From NCBI GenBank assembly GCA_905178155.1, contig CAJINV010000020.1:186001-250000 (forward strand): DNA of 64,000 bases, read 5' to 3'. Each line of letters opens with the position of its first letter. Within the stretch, counting starts at the first letter, position 1. This stretch comes from Amoebophrya sp. A120. Taxonomy: Eukaryota; Protista; Dinoflagellata. The translations under genes and the position numbers were made by a program. Of the stretch, positions 49,417-61,122 are shown one piece after another. Under the pieces are notes generated by a model. It saw only the letters and a list, made by a program, of their open reading frames with translations. It was not told the DNA's origin and searched no databases.

Positions 49417-50624
49417 TTTCGCTTGGAGGTCTCGCGTGTGTAAGTAGTATCGATGAAGAAAAGTACTACTTAGTACTCAGCGGGTGATGTTGAACCTGCT
49501 CTGCCCAAATCGACCGCCTCCAGAGTGAGTGGCTTACTGCGCAAAAATTCTGCACATTTTGTTCCTTCTACCGATCTTCCTTCTAAGGCATAAGTACCGG
49601 GATGGATACTGTGCTCCGCTTTTAGAAAAAAGAAACTTACAGCTGCTCTAGTTGTGGCTTTTTTTCTGTTGAAGATTTTGAATCACGCGATAACAAATCG
49701 AAATACGAAATCGAAGTCGAGGCGATAAAAATGTTTTTCCTTTTCCGATTCCCTCCGATCTTTATCTGCTTCTTGGCGCTTCTATGCAGAAAACATGCTT
49801 AGATTGAACTCATCCGGGATCTGTGCCGCTTTGCCTGCTATCCAAGAATCACTGGAAGTACTAAAGCCGCGAAAAACTACACAAACGCCACAGAGAGTTC
49901 GAAATCATGAAACCTGATCTTCTAAATCTAGTATAGACCAACAGAAAATGATGTTCTCTTCACGCTAGACCCACATAAGTAACCCGACCTGAAGATGCAG
50001 AAGATAGAAGATGTGCTGTCATCAAACGAGATAGTCAACAAGGATCAGCAACCACGGTTCTACTCACAATTGATTCTTCGACTTTTCAATTTGAATCTTC
50101 ATCACGCTTTGCAACTTCAATCAACAACGAAATGCGTTTCTTTGTTTTGGGCCAAAAGGATCTGCAGACATTTACTTAAAGGTTTCCATCAGACACAGAA
50201 CATCACTTTTGAGGATTTCGCTCCATCCAGCATCGGTTGGTACAAGGAATTTCAGTTCTTCACGGAGAAGAGAGCGCCGAGACCACGAAAGCAATTTGAA
50301 TTTAGGTTCGACGTTCCACAGATCCACGCGATTATTTCTCTCATTTGCCCTAGCAGGACTTCGACTTTGCGGGAGGTTCTTTGTTCTTGTTCATTATCAT
50401 GATCATGCTCATCGCCATGCGCAGAGAAACTACTACTAGGAGACTACCATCATGTTCTTTTTCTTGTTGAAGATAAAATCTTCGCACAAAAACAGCCCGT
50501 CGTGCTAGTTCTTGTACGCTCTTGTTCCAACTGCAGCTCTAAAAGTAGATTCATCCGCACCACGAGGTTTAGTAAAGTAATTGCCACGACTCCAGCGCAC
50601 GACCAGAACGCTTCTTTCTATGTA

Positions 50625-52322
50625 TCACAAAGCCAGGAGTTTTTCCACCAAATGCGACTCGAACCTGAGATCACGCTCGCGCCAGTCGGTTTTCTCCCTC
50701 ACCCGCCAGTCCCGGATTGCCGCGCGGTTGTCTTTCGGAAAAAGATCCCGATAGTCCACGCCTGGGAGCTTCCTTGCCAAGTACTGGGCGTAGTGCACAT
50801 CACACACACTGCGGTACTTCTCCGCGCCGCCCACCCGGTCTTCGAAGGAAAATTTCCGGGTCGGAATGGCGATCGTGGTTGGCAGGGCGGGGGGTGAAGA
50901 TGTTGTTGATCGTCTAGAACAAGGGGTGCTTTGATGCTCGTGGTGTCTTCCTCCACCATCCATAGTATGGCTCTGGTCCTTGTCCTCTCTCTGCTCAGTG
51001 TAGCAGTTCGTGCTTCTATTTGTCGTTCCTGAAGATACTCCTCCTCCTGCTTGAGGAAATGAACCATCTGACGCCGGTAGTAAACCCGAACTCCCACTGT
51101 TTGAAGACCTCGCTGGTACTACAACTTCTGCTCTTTCGAAGGCGATGCAGTGCGGGCAGACGCCCTGCAGATGGAGAAACTGCACGTCCTGATGCTCCGC
51201 CTCCATGAGCAGTTTTGCGCACGGCATGGCGCCCGTGAACCCGATCTCCAAACCAAACACCACGATCGCAAGGGCGTGCTGTTCGGCGGCGCGTAGCAGG
51301 TGCGCAATACCGGCTTCGCTGTGGCTATCCTCAAAAAGATGCAGCTCGTCGATCAAGAGGACAGGCTTTGATGTTCTGATGTCCGTAGACATTTCGTGGT
51401 CGGGCTCGGGCCCATGCCCATCGATAAAAGTAGAACTGACGCCATTTGGTAATATTCCAGAAACGTTAATAAAGCCGCTTGCCAAATCCTCTCGTGAACA
51501 TCCACCTGAGAGGACAACAGGTGTCGCGGTTCGGTTCACCACAGGTGCTGGTGACAGTTGTTGACTTTCCGCTCGACCGTCGCGATAAAAATCTTCGCCG
51601 GCGCCAAGGTCTGTCTCATCTACTTTCCGCCTCTTCGATGCAGGAGGAAACAAAACTTTCGGCCCTGACCTTGTCGGCCTTGTACGAATATTAGAACCGC
51701 CGTTTTTACTTGCTTTCTGAATCAGCTGCGCCAAGCCTTCCAGCTTGGACAGCCGCAAACAGGGCAGCGACTGCCGGTGCTGGTCCGCCAACCGAAGCGC
51801 TTCTTCCCCCAGACTGGGTAGTCCCGTCAAATCTGCTCTCGTGGTTCCTGTCCGCCTGGGCGGAGGTGTTGTTATGTTCTGCAATGCCTTGGCAAGAAAA
51901 TCGGGCTCACTACCTTCACTGACACGACCTTTATCGACCACGAGCTTCCCGTTCACAAACCGTCTGTCGTTGTATGCCTTTTCTCGGTAGATCTGCGCCT
52001 GGGCCTTCAAAAAGGACGGGTCTTTAATTTTCGGGTGTGCGCGCAACCGGTCGTCCCCGTACCGGGTGTCTTCGCTGGGGCGGATAACCAACACCGGCCG
52101 CTGCTGCTCCTCCAGCGCCAGCGCGCACTGTATCAAGAGCGACGACTTCCCTGCGAACATGGGGCCGTACACGAAAAACACGTTATTTTTTCGCTCGGGT
52201 TCTTCGCCGGGTCGGCGCGTAGGAACAAAGTTCTTGTCCCCCGGCGTTAAGATCGGTTCTTCATCTTCCCGCGGACTACTGGTCCCGCAGGGGCTCGGGG
52301 GTGTCGCAGTTTCGCTTGTCAT
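50625..52322 (-). CDS. TK1: Thymidine kinase (TK1-type) with long insertions
   Basis: YGPMFAGKSSLL P-loop, DTRYG, LLIDELHLF, CPHC…VGGAEKYRSVCDVHY. Confidence 0.8.
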   Translation of the reverse strand: MTSETATPPSPCGTSSPREDEEPILTPGDKNFVPTRRPGEEPERKNNVFFVYGPMFAGKSSLLIQCALALEEQQRPVLVIRPSEDTRYGDDRLRAHPKIKDPSFLKAQAQIYREKAYNDRRFVNGKLVVDKGRVSEGSEPDFLAKALQNITTPPPRRTGTTRADLTGLPSLGEEALRLADQHRQSLPCLRLSKLEGLAQLIQKASKNGGSNIRTRPTRSGPKVLFPPASKRRKVDETDLGAGEDFYRDGRAESQQLSPAPVVNRTATPVVLSGGCSREDLASGFINVSGILPNGVSSTFIDGHGPEPDHEMSTDIRTSKPVLLIDELHLFEDSHSEAGIAHLLRAAEQHALAIVVFGLEIGFTGAMPCAKLLMEAEHQDVQFLHLQGVCPHCIAFERAEVVVPARSSNSGSSGLLPASDGSFPQAGGGVSSGTTNRSTNCYTEQREDKDQSHTMDGGGRHHEHQSTPCSRRSTTSSPPALPTTIAIPTRKFSFEDRVGGAEKYRSVCDVHYAQYLARKLPGVDYRDLFPKDNRAAIRDWRVREKTDWRERDLRFESHLVEKLLAL

Positions 52323-53713
52323 CGTGTTTTTTTCTCAGCGGGTTCCGTAAACCCGCTCTGGTCGGTTACGGCTTCGTTCGGTCATTAGAGGGGGCTCGTC
52401 GGGACTGCAGTCGCTTCCCCGTTGAGATTCCGAGGGCTTCTACCTTCAGATTCAGTCACTGTAGCTGTTGCTGTAAACGGAAAAAAATATAAATGGATCG
52501 TGTTCATCGCTCGTATCAAGCGAGGTTGCGAAGAAATCACAATAGTAACGAATTTCGATTTGAATTTTCTGTAGTGAATGTAGTGCACGTTCTTTTTAAA
52601 AGAAGGATGTAATATACGCCATGCAGAGCGGCTTGTTTTCAATCGTTGAAATGCGCATCCTTATCCAAGTACAATCTAACTGCGCGAAAAGGGGATACTT
52701 AACACGGCCGATGGTCCTGAAAGAAGAGTGCGGCATGGAAAATATCACTTTAGCATGGAGAAAATCAAAATGCTACGAAATTAATATTGCCTTTTTCATG
52801 CACGACCGCGCCCGACTTGTGCTGTTAACAGCTAGCTAGCACAGCAGAATGCGTTCGCGAATTTTTTTCGAACAGAGACAAAGGATCCACTATGCAAAAC
52901 TACAACCGACGTCTTTCTCTTCACCCTGCTATGCGACAAGGGGAGGGGAAAAGCATAGTTTTTGTTCCACCCTACCTCCTGGGTAGTACCTGTCGTGCTC
53001 GTGATAGTGCGTATTACATTAGAACAAGCTCTCGCAGGAAGGTCATAGAACAAGCTCTCGACGCAGATACATAGTTTTCCTTCCGTAGTACCTCCGAATA
53101 AACTACAGAGCGACAGAAGAACAAACCAGGATGAGAACACGTTGTTGATCTTCGGTCTTCTTGACCAGCAATCTTGACGCCTACTCGGCGAATCGAGTCT
53201 GTTCTGACCCATGATCATGGTCAGAAGCTTTATGACTCTATCGAGCAAGGTGGATTTTGACAACTACAAGGGGAAAAATCAGTGCGGTTTTTCACGAATC
53301 GCTAGCAGTGTCGTATTATCTTCGTGCCGTAGCCAAGCTTAGTTTCTTAGAGCAGCTACGGGCTTATTTTTTCAGTAGTGCGTAGTTGTAGTAGTTTAGT
53401 TGCGCCAAGCAGAAAACTCATCAGAAGTGCTACACATCTTATAAACAGTGCTACACATTATCTGCGCGTGGTGTAACTTCGAGAAAATTTTTCTTTATCA
53501 AAATGCAAACTATCTTCACTCGTGCTAGTAGCGCTACCACCACCACCACACACGGTACTTAGTTTGTATATGTTGTTGTAGCTGATGCTGAAAGAGTTGT
53601 CTATGACATCTAATATGCAAGACAAAAACACACTGTAGTAGAGCTGTACCTGTTGTAGCTGTTCTCAAAAAACGCGAACTTGTTATCCTTCGGTCCGATT
53701 AAGTTCACATTGG

Positions 53714-54131
53714 TATGCATTGCAAATATCGATCTGGGTCAGGAAAAATGCGAGATTTGTCATGATAGTCTGGCATGACGCTGAGCTCTGTACTATTGCG
53801 TGACCAGCAATAGCTCTATTTGTCTGTCATGCAGCAACGCTGTTTCTCATGCGAAAAACGCAACTGCACAAGGCCACGGAAAAATCTGTCATGCTTGGTG
53901 GTGCAAAACAACCGACGTCTTTCTCTTCACCCTGCTGCTGTTCCTCGGAACCCGAGTCGAAGAAGAGCGATTTGGATTTTCTCATGCTACTTTAGCAGCT
54001 CGACCTGTAACCCCAAACAGGCTCACAATCGGCCTCACTTGCCTGCTCTGCAACACACGTGCCTCGGGTCATGCATTTTATGCATTACAAATTATTTCAA
54101 CTTTGACGATTTCAAACCTGATCCTTCCATG
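53714..54131. mobile_element. Chimeric introner: left part family A, right part family D
   Basis: 53714-53900 colinear with family A (TATGCATTGCAAATATCGATCTGGGTCAGGA…AAAATCTGTCATGCT); 53960-54131 colinear with right half of 21411-21720; the dispersed motif lies at the junction. Confidence 0.7.
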
Positions 54132-54135
54132 ACAG

Positions 54136-54660
54136 GCCCCCCTTAGTGGAAGACTTCGAACCGAACGATCGCGAGACGGTGCGGAAGGCGTACCAAGAAG
54201 CCGTCCTGCCTGCGACGTTCATCCGGGAGGAATGTTCGAAGGGGTACTACTACGGCGTGTACAAGATCATCGTTTTGCGTGCATGACAAAAAACCACGAA
54301 GGAATGCTTCAATTTGCTCCTCACAGTCCGAGTCCGGTCCAGGTCCACCCGGGAAAAAGTACTTCCTCTACTACCCGCGGCCCACCAAAACTTGCCGAGG
54401 AAGCGGGGTCCGGGTCCAGGGGGTCCTGGGAGGAAAAGGTAAGGGTGGTAAATTCGAACAAGGAAAAAAAGGTGGTGAAGATAATGAAGAAAACCACCGA
54501 GGAAGCGACGGGGAGATGAACAAGTCGTACAAGGGAAAAAAAGCGATGTTCTCCGGCGCCGGCGGGGGCAAAAAAGGCGACGGCGACTCCGACGATGAAA
54601 AAGGCCGGTACTACGGGAAGCAGGGAAAAGTAGTAGATGAAGCTGATGAAGAAAAAATGC
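54136..54660 (+). CDS. Plus-strand coding fragment (possibly truncated gene or pseudogene)
   Basis: PPLVEDFEPNDRETVRKAYQEAVLPATFIREECSKGYYYGVYK then a Gly/Lys/Asp-rich frame that runs into the dispersed motif. Confidence 0.3.
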
Positions 54661-55623
54661 AGAACAACCGACGTCTTTCTCTTCACCCTGCTGCTGTTCC
54701 TTTTCGACACAAAACTAAAACAAAAAAAAATAACGCCGCGATATTATGCCGATCTGCGTTACCGGCGCCGCTTATGCAGAAAGGATCTTATGCAGCTCGA
54801 ACTGCTGCTTTTCCACTACTCGCGAAAATATCTCAGTCTCACACGTGAGTGCTTGCTTTTCTCCGCATAAGCTGCTGATATTGTACAGAATGTAGTTAGT
54901 CGGCAAGACACATCTAATTTGATGCAAGTGAATTCTTCAAGGAAATTTCCACTTCCGGAAAGAGTTTTTTTCCTTCGTTGCTTTGGAAAGTAGTAGACCG
55001 ACAGAAAGCTTTTGTACAGAAATTTTGGCAAAGGTAAGAAAATGTGAAGTTGTACAGGGCTAGTAATTCTCAATATTTGGTGACAACTGGGTCGGTGTTT
55101 ATTCAAGTTGTGAAAATATTTATTGCAATGTAGATACAGTGATGGTGACTTCAAAGCAGGACGCTCCGTGCAACCACAATCGATTGAGTACAGTACTTTT
55201 TTATTTTCAATACAAGTGCGGAGTCGCATAATCAATTTTCACTTTCTTTCGGTTTCTGCAAATCAATGCTTGGTACACGAACGATAGACGTCAACCTAGA
55301 AGAAGTGCAAATTTCTACAAAATGGAGAGTTAAACACGATAAGAGCCAATGGTGGGCAGACTCCATGTATACAGTCTCATAGCGGCGGCGAAAGAGCGCA
55401 AACCGCACGGAAAATTTGTGTACAGAAAGGTCATTGAAATCAGTGTAAGGAAAGAACAAAACACGAGGTTACAGGTCGTGGAATCAATTTTATCAAATCA
55501 GCTACATTTTTTGGCTGCATAGCAATTTCAAACAAAAAAGACAAAGATTGGAAAATCTTCCTTTTCAAACAACCAACAAGCGCTGCTGTATGTAGTTTGT
55601 AAGTAACCGACACGTTTGATCTA

Positions 55624-58158
55624 TCACGCGTCTCTGCGCGCCGTGGTGCTTAAGCCAATATCGAAGGCACGCCGCAGCGGTGCCAGTGTTAGCCGAGTAA
55701 TGGACGACGAGATATCCAACAAAAAAACTGTGCTAGTGTAATTCTCTTTGGCCGACAGCATCACAGATTTGCTCTACATGACAGAGAAAACCTGTGATGC
55801 GTGGCTTGTAAGGGAAAACACACATGAAGAGAGGACTTCATGTTTGTCTGGCATGACAGGTGTAACAAAACACTGTTGCATGTTTATTTGCATGACAGAT
55901 TTACACTTACACAGTTTTTTTCTTGCATACGGGAAGTCCGGAGTGTACTCCACTTCGTCATTGGGACGCCAGGCTGTGTACTCCGCGTCATCCTGGAAAG
56001 ATTCGGGCAACACGCCGCTCATAATATTTCGGATCAGCGGCAATCGCAGCTCTTTCAGCTGGTGGTGTTGGATTCGCAATTTCTGGTTTATTTCTTTCAA
56101 TATCAAATGCAGACATGTCTCGGTCCTCTGGAAGGGTGCGCGACTTGTCACGGAGTTTTTCCATGACCCATGAGGTCTGGAATGCAGGACCTATCATGAT
56201 AGACTCTGTGCGATCTCTATCATGCCTATCCTGCATGAGAAACTCCCTCCCAACTTGGTGAAGAAAAGTGGACGCCTTTAGGTTTAGGTAATCACGCAAC
56301 ACAGAGTTTTGCATGATTCAGATTTAGCATGACAAGTTGCATCCGTTCAGACCCAGACATACTTGCAAAGCATATTCAGCGTCAGCTCGTCTGCGGTTTT
56401 CCGCTCCAGCACGTCGTCGGGCATCATAGCCGACATTAGGTTATCCCGCCACCTCTCCCCGAAGATGTTCGTCCCCGCGTCCACACCCGGGAAGTGCGTC
56501 TTCGCCCCCGGGTACCCCGGCGGCGTCCGGCGCGGCCCCGACTCGTCCTGCAGAAAAGGCACGTGGTGGGTCTCGCAGGTGATCTGCAGCTCTTGCATTC
56601 GCATCATCAGCAGCATCTCGTGCTCCTTGTCCCGCTTCCGCTCCTCGGCGGTACGCTTGTCCGCCATCTGGTCTTGAATAATCATGCCCGCCGCCCGCAT
56701 GCTCAGTTTCGGCTTGTGCTTCTTCCCGCCCTCCGGCTGCGGGCCGCCGGACAGGGCCTCTTTCGCGCGGGACAGGATCAAATTGCTGAATTCCGTGTTG
56801 TCCTGCGGTTTTTCCTTTTTCTTCGCGAACACCACGTTCCGCGCCTTGTCGATGAAGTACTGCCTCAGGTTCTTTCGCATTCGGTCGAACACCTTGGGGT
56901 ATTTCTGCCGGTATTCGAACGCCTTTTGCCAGTACTGCACGTTCCGCTTCAGAATCTCCCGTTCGTACTCTGCGATGTCTGCGATCGGGTTCACCACCTC
57001 GTCCCGCTTGTCAGCGTGCTTCTTCTCCTCCATGTACGCCTTGTGCGCGGACCGCTGCGCCTTCTTCTCCGACAATAGCGCTCGGTTTTTGGCCTCCTGC
57101 CGCGCCGCCCGCTGTTTCTCCTCCTTCTTGGCCTGTCGCCGGTCGCTCGCGCGCTGCTGCGTCAGGGCTGCGTCGTTCGTCACAATGTGTACGTTCGCCC
57201 GATGGTGTGCTGCGGGGGCTCCGTCCTCGCGGTTGGCGGCGGAGGTCTGATTCTCTCCGCCCTGATCGTTGGCGACCGCGTTCAAACCTTCCTTGATGTG
57301 CTGGTCATGGCCTGGTTTTGCGGATGTTGCTGTATCCGGCCCGGTCACGGCGTCGTCCCCGGACGGAACAACTCCACGGAGCTTGTTCCCACGACCGTCG
57401 CTTGCCTTCATTCCGTACCACACCTTGTCGTGCATCAGTGCGTTTAAATCCTTTGCGTCCTTCTTCAACAACTTTGCGATGTTCATTTTCTCCAGGTGTC
57501 GCTTCCAGGCCTGTTCCACAAAGTCGATCCGCACGCCCCGTCGCTTTTCGTCGGCGATCTGCTCCTGTTCGATCGCGCGGTCCGCCCGCCGGCCCTTTTC
57601 CGACCCAGTGGTCCGCTCGGACCCGGTGGTGCTACCCATATCCGTATCAAATGTAAAAATGTCTGGGTCTGGAAGAATCCAACTTGTCATGCTGATTTTG
57701 GATTCTAAAGAAATCTGTATTGCATGAGCAGCAAAGAGAGCCCAAGCTTTGCTACACGGAAAGAGCATTTGCCATGCGGTATAGGCATCAGGAAGCCCTC
57801 GCAAAATCTGTGATGCTAGGGCATGCATCACAGACATCAGGAGTCATGCAAAATATGCATGACAAACGTGGCAATCTTCCAGACCCAGACATTTTTGCAA
57901 TCCATAATCCGACCGTCCGTCGGTCGTAATCGACCGGCGCAGCCACTCGTCCAGGCTGGCGTCCAGGGTGCGCTGGAACGCGTAAGTTTCCTGTTCCGAA
58001 ATCATGCGCGGTTGCGGCATCTGGTTCTCGAGCAATTTCGACAAAGCCCCGTGGTAGGCCAGCCGCTCGGCGCCGTCCGAGAACATCCGACCGGGGCCCC
58101 ACCGACTGTCATCGTCGGACACGAAGGCGACCCATTGCCCGTCCCAGTTGCTGAACAT
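55624..58158 (-). CDS. Hypothetical coiled-coil protein with three introner introns
   Basis: ORFs 57844-58158, 56347-57837 and 55774-56151 join in frame (GRSD-MGSTT; ELTL-KEINQK) after element removal; last exon frame less certain. Confidence 0.7.
55713..55929. mobile_element. Introner family C
   Basis: TIR AAAAAAACTGTG(CT/TA)AGTGTAA(T/A)TCT; TSD CGAGA/CGGGA. Confidence 0.82.
56101..56374. mobile_element. Introner family A
   Basis: TATCAAATGCAGACATGTCT…AGACCCAGACATACTTGCAAAGCATA; TSD TTCAA/TTCAG; body is the reverse complement of 23656-23917. Confidence 0.88.
57645..57906. mobile_element. Introner family A
   Basis: TIR TG(T/C)AAAAATGTCTGGGTCTGGAAGA; perfect TSD ATCCG. Confidence 0.92.
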
Positions 58159-59241
58159 CTTCAGAATTCTTGCAGGAGCTCCTGTGCAGGTCGTCGTGGA
58201 TATTCTTGGCGGAGGAATTTAGTGCCTGATGTCACGCAACGGTCACAACAATTCGCGAAATGCTGTTTTCAGCGACGATCTTTAGCAGAGTATGGAGCAC
58301 GTGACGTGGGAGCGCGTGAACTTTCATTTTCGTCGTTCTCCAAAAGAGGAGTGGGCTTTGCAGAGTCAGCAGATAGATCTGGTGTTCACAAGAAAAAAAC
58401 GTGTGGTCACAACAGCAGCTAATAGAACAAAGGCAGGACATCAGAATAGGGACGAGCAAAAGATGCGAGAATCTTTTTCTTTATTCAGTTCACAACGACA
58501 GAGCAAGTATTCACTATTGTCCCGATCGCCACGACATTGCCCGGAGTCAGCGAAGGCTTACAAGAACGACCAGTGGCGAAATAACCACTTCCTGCAGCAT
58601 GAAAGTCGAAAAATGATTTTCAGCCCGATTTCGAAAAGACACGTTAAAACTTGAATTACGATTAGGCATTCTCCAATTCCACAGGTTGATTTACCGACGA
58701 CCTTCGAGTTAGACTGAGTGTCAACAATTGCTGCACCTGCACAGCTACAGTAGATCGGCGGCAAAAGATGAAAATTGTAAAGCCATCTTTCGAAGGCATC
58801 CACCTGACAAGTTCCGAACCGGGTCGATGCAGTGGAAGCGTTTTATACCATTGCCTCAGATTAAAGAAACGACCATTACAAGAACTCGAATCATGTTTAC
58901 TTCTCCGACCTCGAACACTCCAGCATCTCAGTTTTGCTCTTATCAGAACGACCGCCGTTCCAAGCCCTAACGGAGGCAGTTTCTTTTTTTAGTTCGAGAT
59001 CATCAGACTTGCCCAATTCACCTCAAAGTTCCAGAAGGTCGTCGGTAAAGTGCAGCGCGCTTGCAACTGAAGAAGCTACTAAACTCACTCACACGATACG
59101 CCCTTGTTCTAAAAGTGCAACGGTGAATGTACAACACTCGTCCTTGTTCGCAGATTATAGATTTACATCACACACAGATCGTCCAATTGAGGAATAGTTC
59201 CTCCTCCTTTGTTTCGCAATATCCACGAAGATCAAACCCGC

Positions 59242-60047
59242 TTACTTGGCACCAGCGCGGTTCTTGGTGCGGTCCTTGGGGGTCGTGCCCTCACGGAACT
59301 GGTTCTTCGCCTTACGCGGGATGGTCTTCAAATAGCGGCAGCGGCCCGTTCCGGTGGTCTTACGACGGATAGCCTTCTTAGACCAGTTGTACCTGATTTT
59401 GGATGAGAATTTAGATATGTGGGTTAACGAACGTTTTGTTCAGGACTATGATCTAAATCTTGACGTTTAGGACAGAGAAGTGCCTATATTTTCTGTACAC
59501 TCCATGGTTTGACCCGGTGGTTTGGCCAAAAAGCTGACCCTGTACTTTTCAAGAAAAGCTCACCCACCGCGACAAGGAATATGGAGCGCTTCGTGCGTGG
59601 GAGCTGTAAAAAGCTCAACCAAAAGACACACGAATTGATTTAGGACTTTGCCAAGCTCGCACCACTAGGGAATGTCTTGCATTCAGTAGGCGAAAAAATG
59701 ACATCGCGACTCAAGAGGAATATTGAAGTGAGTCGCATCAAGTCCGACAGACGGGAAAAAATTATTCCAGCACTGCTCTCACTCATCTTTAATTGTTCTT
59801 CACAATATTATCTCGTGGACAACATTAAGGTCCCTTCGCTCCCACAAGGGAAGGTGCAGATAGAAGCATATCTAAATTTAGAAAAACATGAAATCAAAAA
59901 AACTCCATACGTTCGGATCTTCTTGCTCGGGTAGCCGCACCTACCGCAGCGCTTCTTCTGCAGGTGGAAGGCGCGAGCGCCGCAACGGATGCACAAGCCA
60001 TGCGAGTGGCTGTTGTGCTTACCCATAGAACTCGTACCCTTCGTCAT
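59242..60047 (-). CDS. RPL37: 60S ribosomal protein L37 (eL37), one GT-AG intron 59393-59910
   Basis: [23 protein letters not shown]…[35 protein letters not shown]. Confidence 0.97.
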
Positions 60048-61122
60048 CTTGGCAGAGCGTGGTTTTGTGAGTAACTAAATCTGTGTGTGTCTGCAAACTC
60101 GATCTGTGACGATCCGGTCTGATCTGACCCTACAAAACTAGGCAGAAAACCCAGTTTTGGTCCCTGTTTGGTAGTGATTGAAAAAGGGAGGAAAAGGTGA
60201 TTCGGAAGGTAGAGACAGACAGCGACTGACAAAGCTAATGTCTGCGTCAAGATCTTACAAGCAGAGATCCACCAAAATTTAGAATTTAGATCCGCCGCGT
60301 TTTCGTGGGCTGAAACGACAGATCTGCACTGATCTTTCTCTTCCATTTTCTGGGGATGTAGTAGACTGGATCTGTTGCAGCTGTATTGATTTTGCTGACC
60401 GTTTGTAAAGTTTCTGCCTTCATCTGAATTTCGCTGTAGGGGTGGGACAAGCAAAACTACTTCCAACTACATCAGACCGACGTCATTTAGATCCGATTTA
60501 GATCTGGCACGCTGGCTACTTCATAACGGGTGCAGGCTGGACGCGATCTTTGCTGCGTGATAAAATCGATCTTTTTTGTCTATGCGTGAAGTACGAGTTT
60601 CGATCTTTTTCGACGTCCATTTCGGATCTAAATCACGGCAATTTCTCGTCTGGTACAACGAGTTTTAGTACCTACTTCTGGAAAGTTTCCTGTGTCATTC
60701 GCGCCTCTGGAACTTTCATTTCAGGTAGTAAGAATCCCACGAGAACCGCAACACAAAAATACAGCCCGGCTTGTGAGCACTCAGCGCAATCGAGCCATTA
60801 GCTTCACTTTGCTTTTCGTACTAACGCTACTGTACATTCCAAAAACCAGTAGTACTGGTTCTGCGATTCGTTTAGATCAAATCTCTGCGCTCTGTCGAGT
60901 AAGGTCGTGTCTAATGTAGGGTTGCTTCAGTACTGTAGTAATGTTCGTTGATTTCGTGTCACTAGATGTACGTTTTGTTCTCGTAGTTTCGCCCTCTCCA
61001 GTCAACAAGGTTGCAACTGCTCTGTCAAGATTTTCCAAAGTAAGTAAATCTTTATGCTGTTGCACCACTCCTTGCCCTAACTTCAAAATCACTCGTCCCT
61101 GCCGGAGCCCCATCCCGGCAGT

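Larger units (their letters stand above)
52893..54701 (+). repeat. Three dispersed copies of a 30-44-bp motif
   Basis: ACAACCGACGTCTTTCTCTTCACCCTGCT at 52902-52930, 53908-53936 and 54664-54692, each preceded by TGCA(A/G)AAC; copies 2 and 3 extend GCTGTTCCT. Confidence 0.9.

Noticed and set aside
27701-49487. Long plus-strand ORFs overlapping the F-box, INCENP, aminotransferase and SNF2 genes
   Set aside because: Antisense shadows of GC-rich coding sequence with no recognisable domains.
52893-54701. Dispersed ~30-bp repeat as a CRISPR array
   Set aside because: Spacing of 750-1000 bp, only three copies, eukaryotic context, no cas genes.
23713-57929. Recurring short ORFs with LPDPDIFA / MLGHASQTSGVMQN peptides
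   Set aside because: Chance translations of family A TIR and body sequence; frames and lengths are not conserved between copies.
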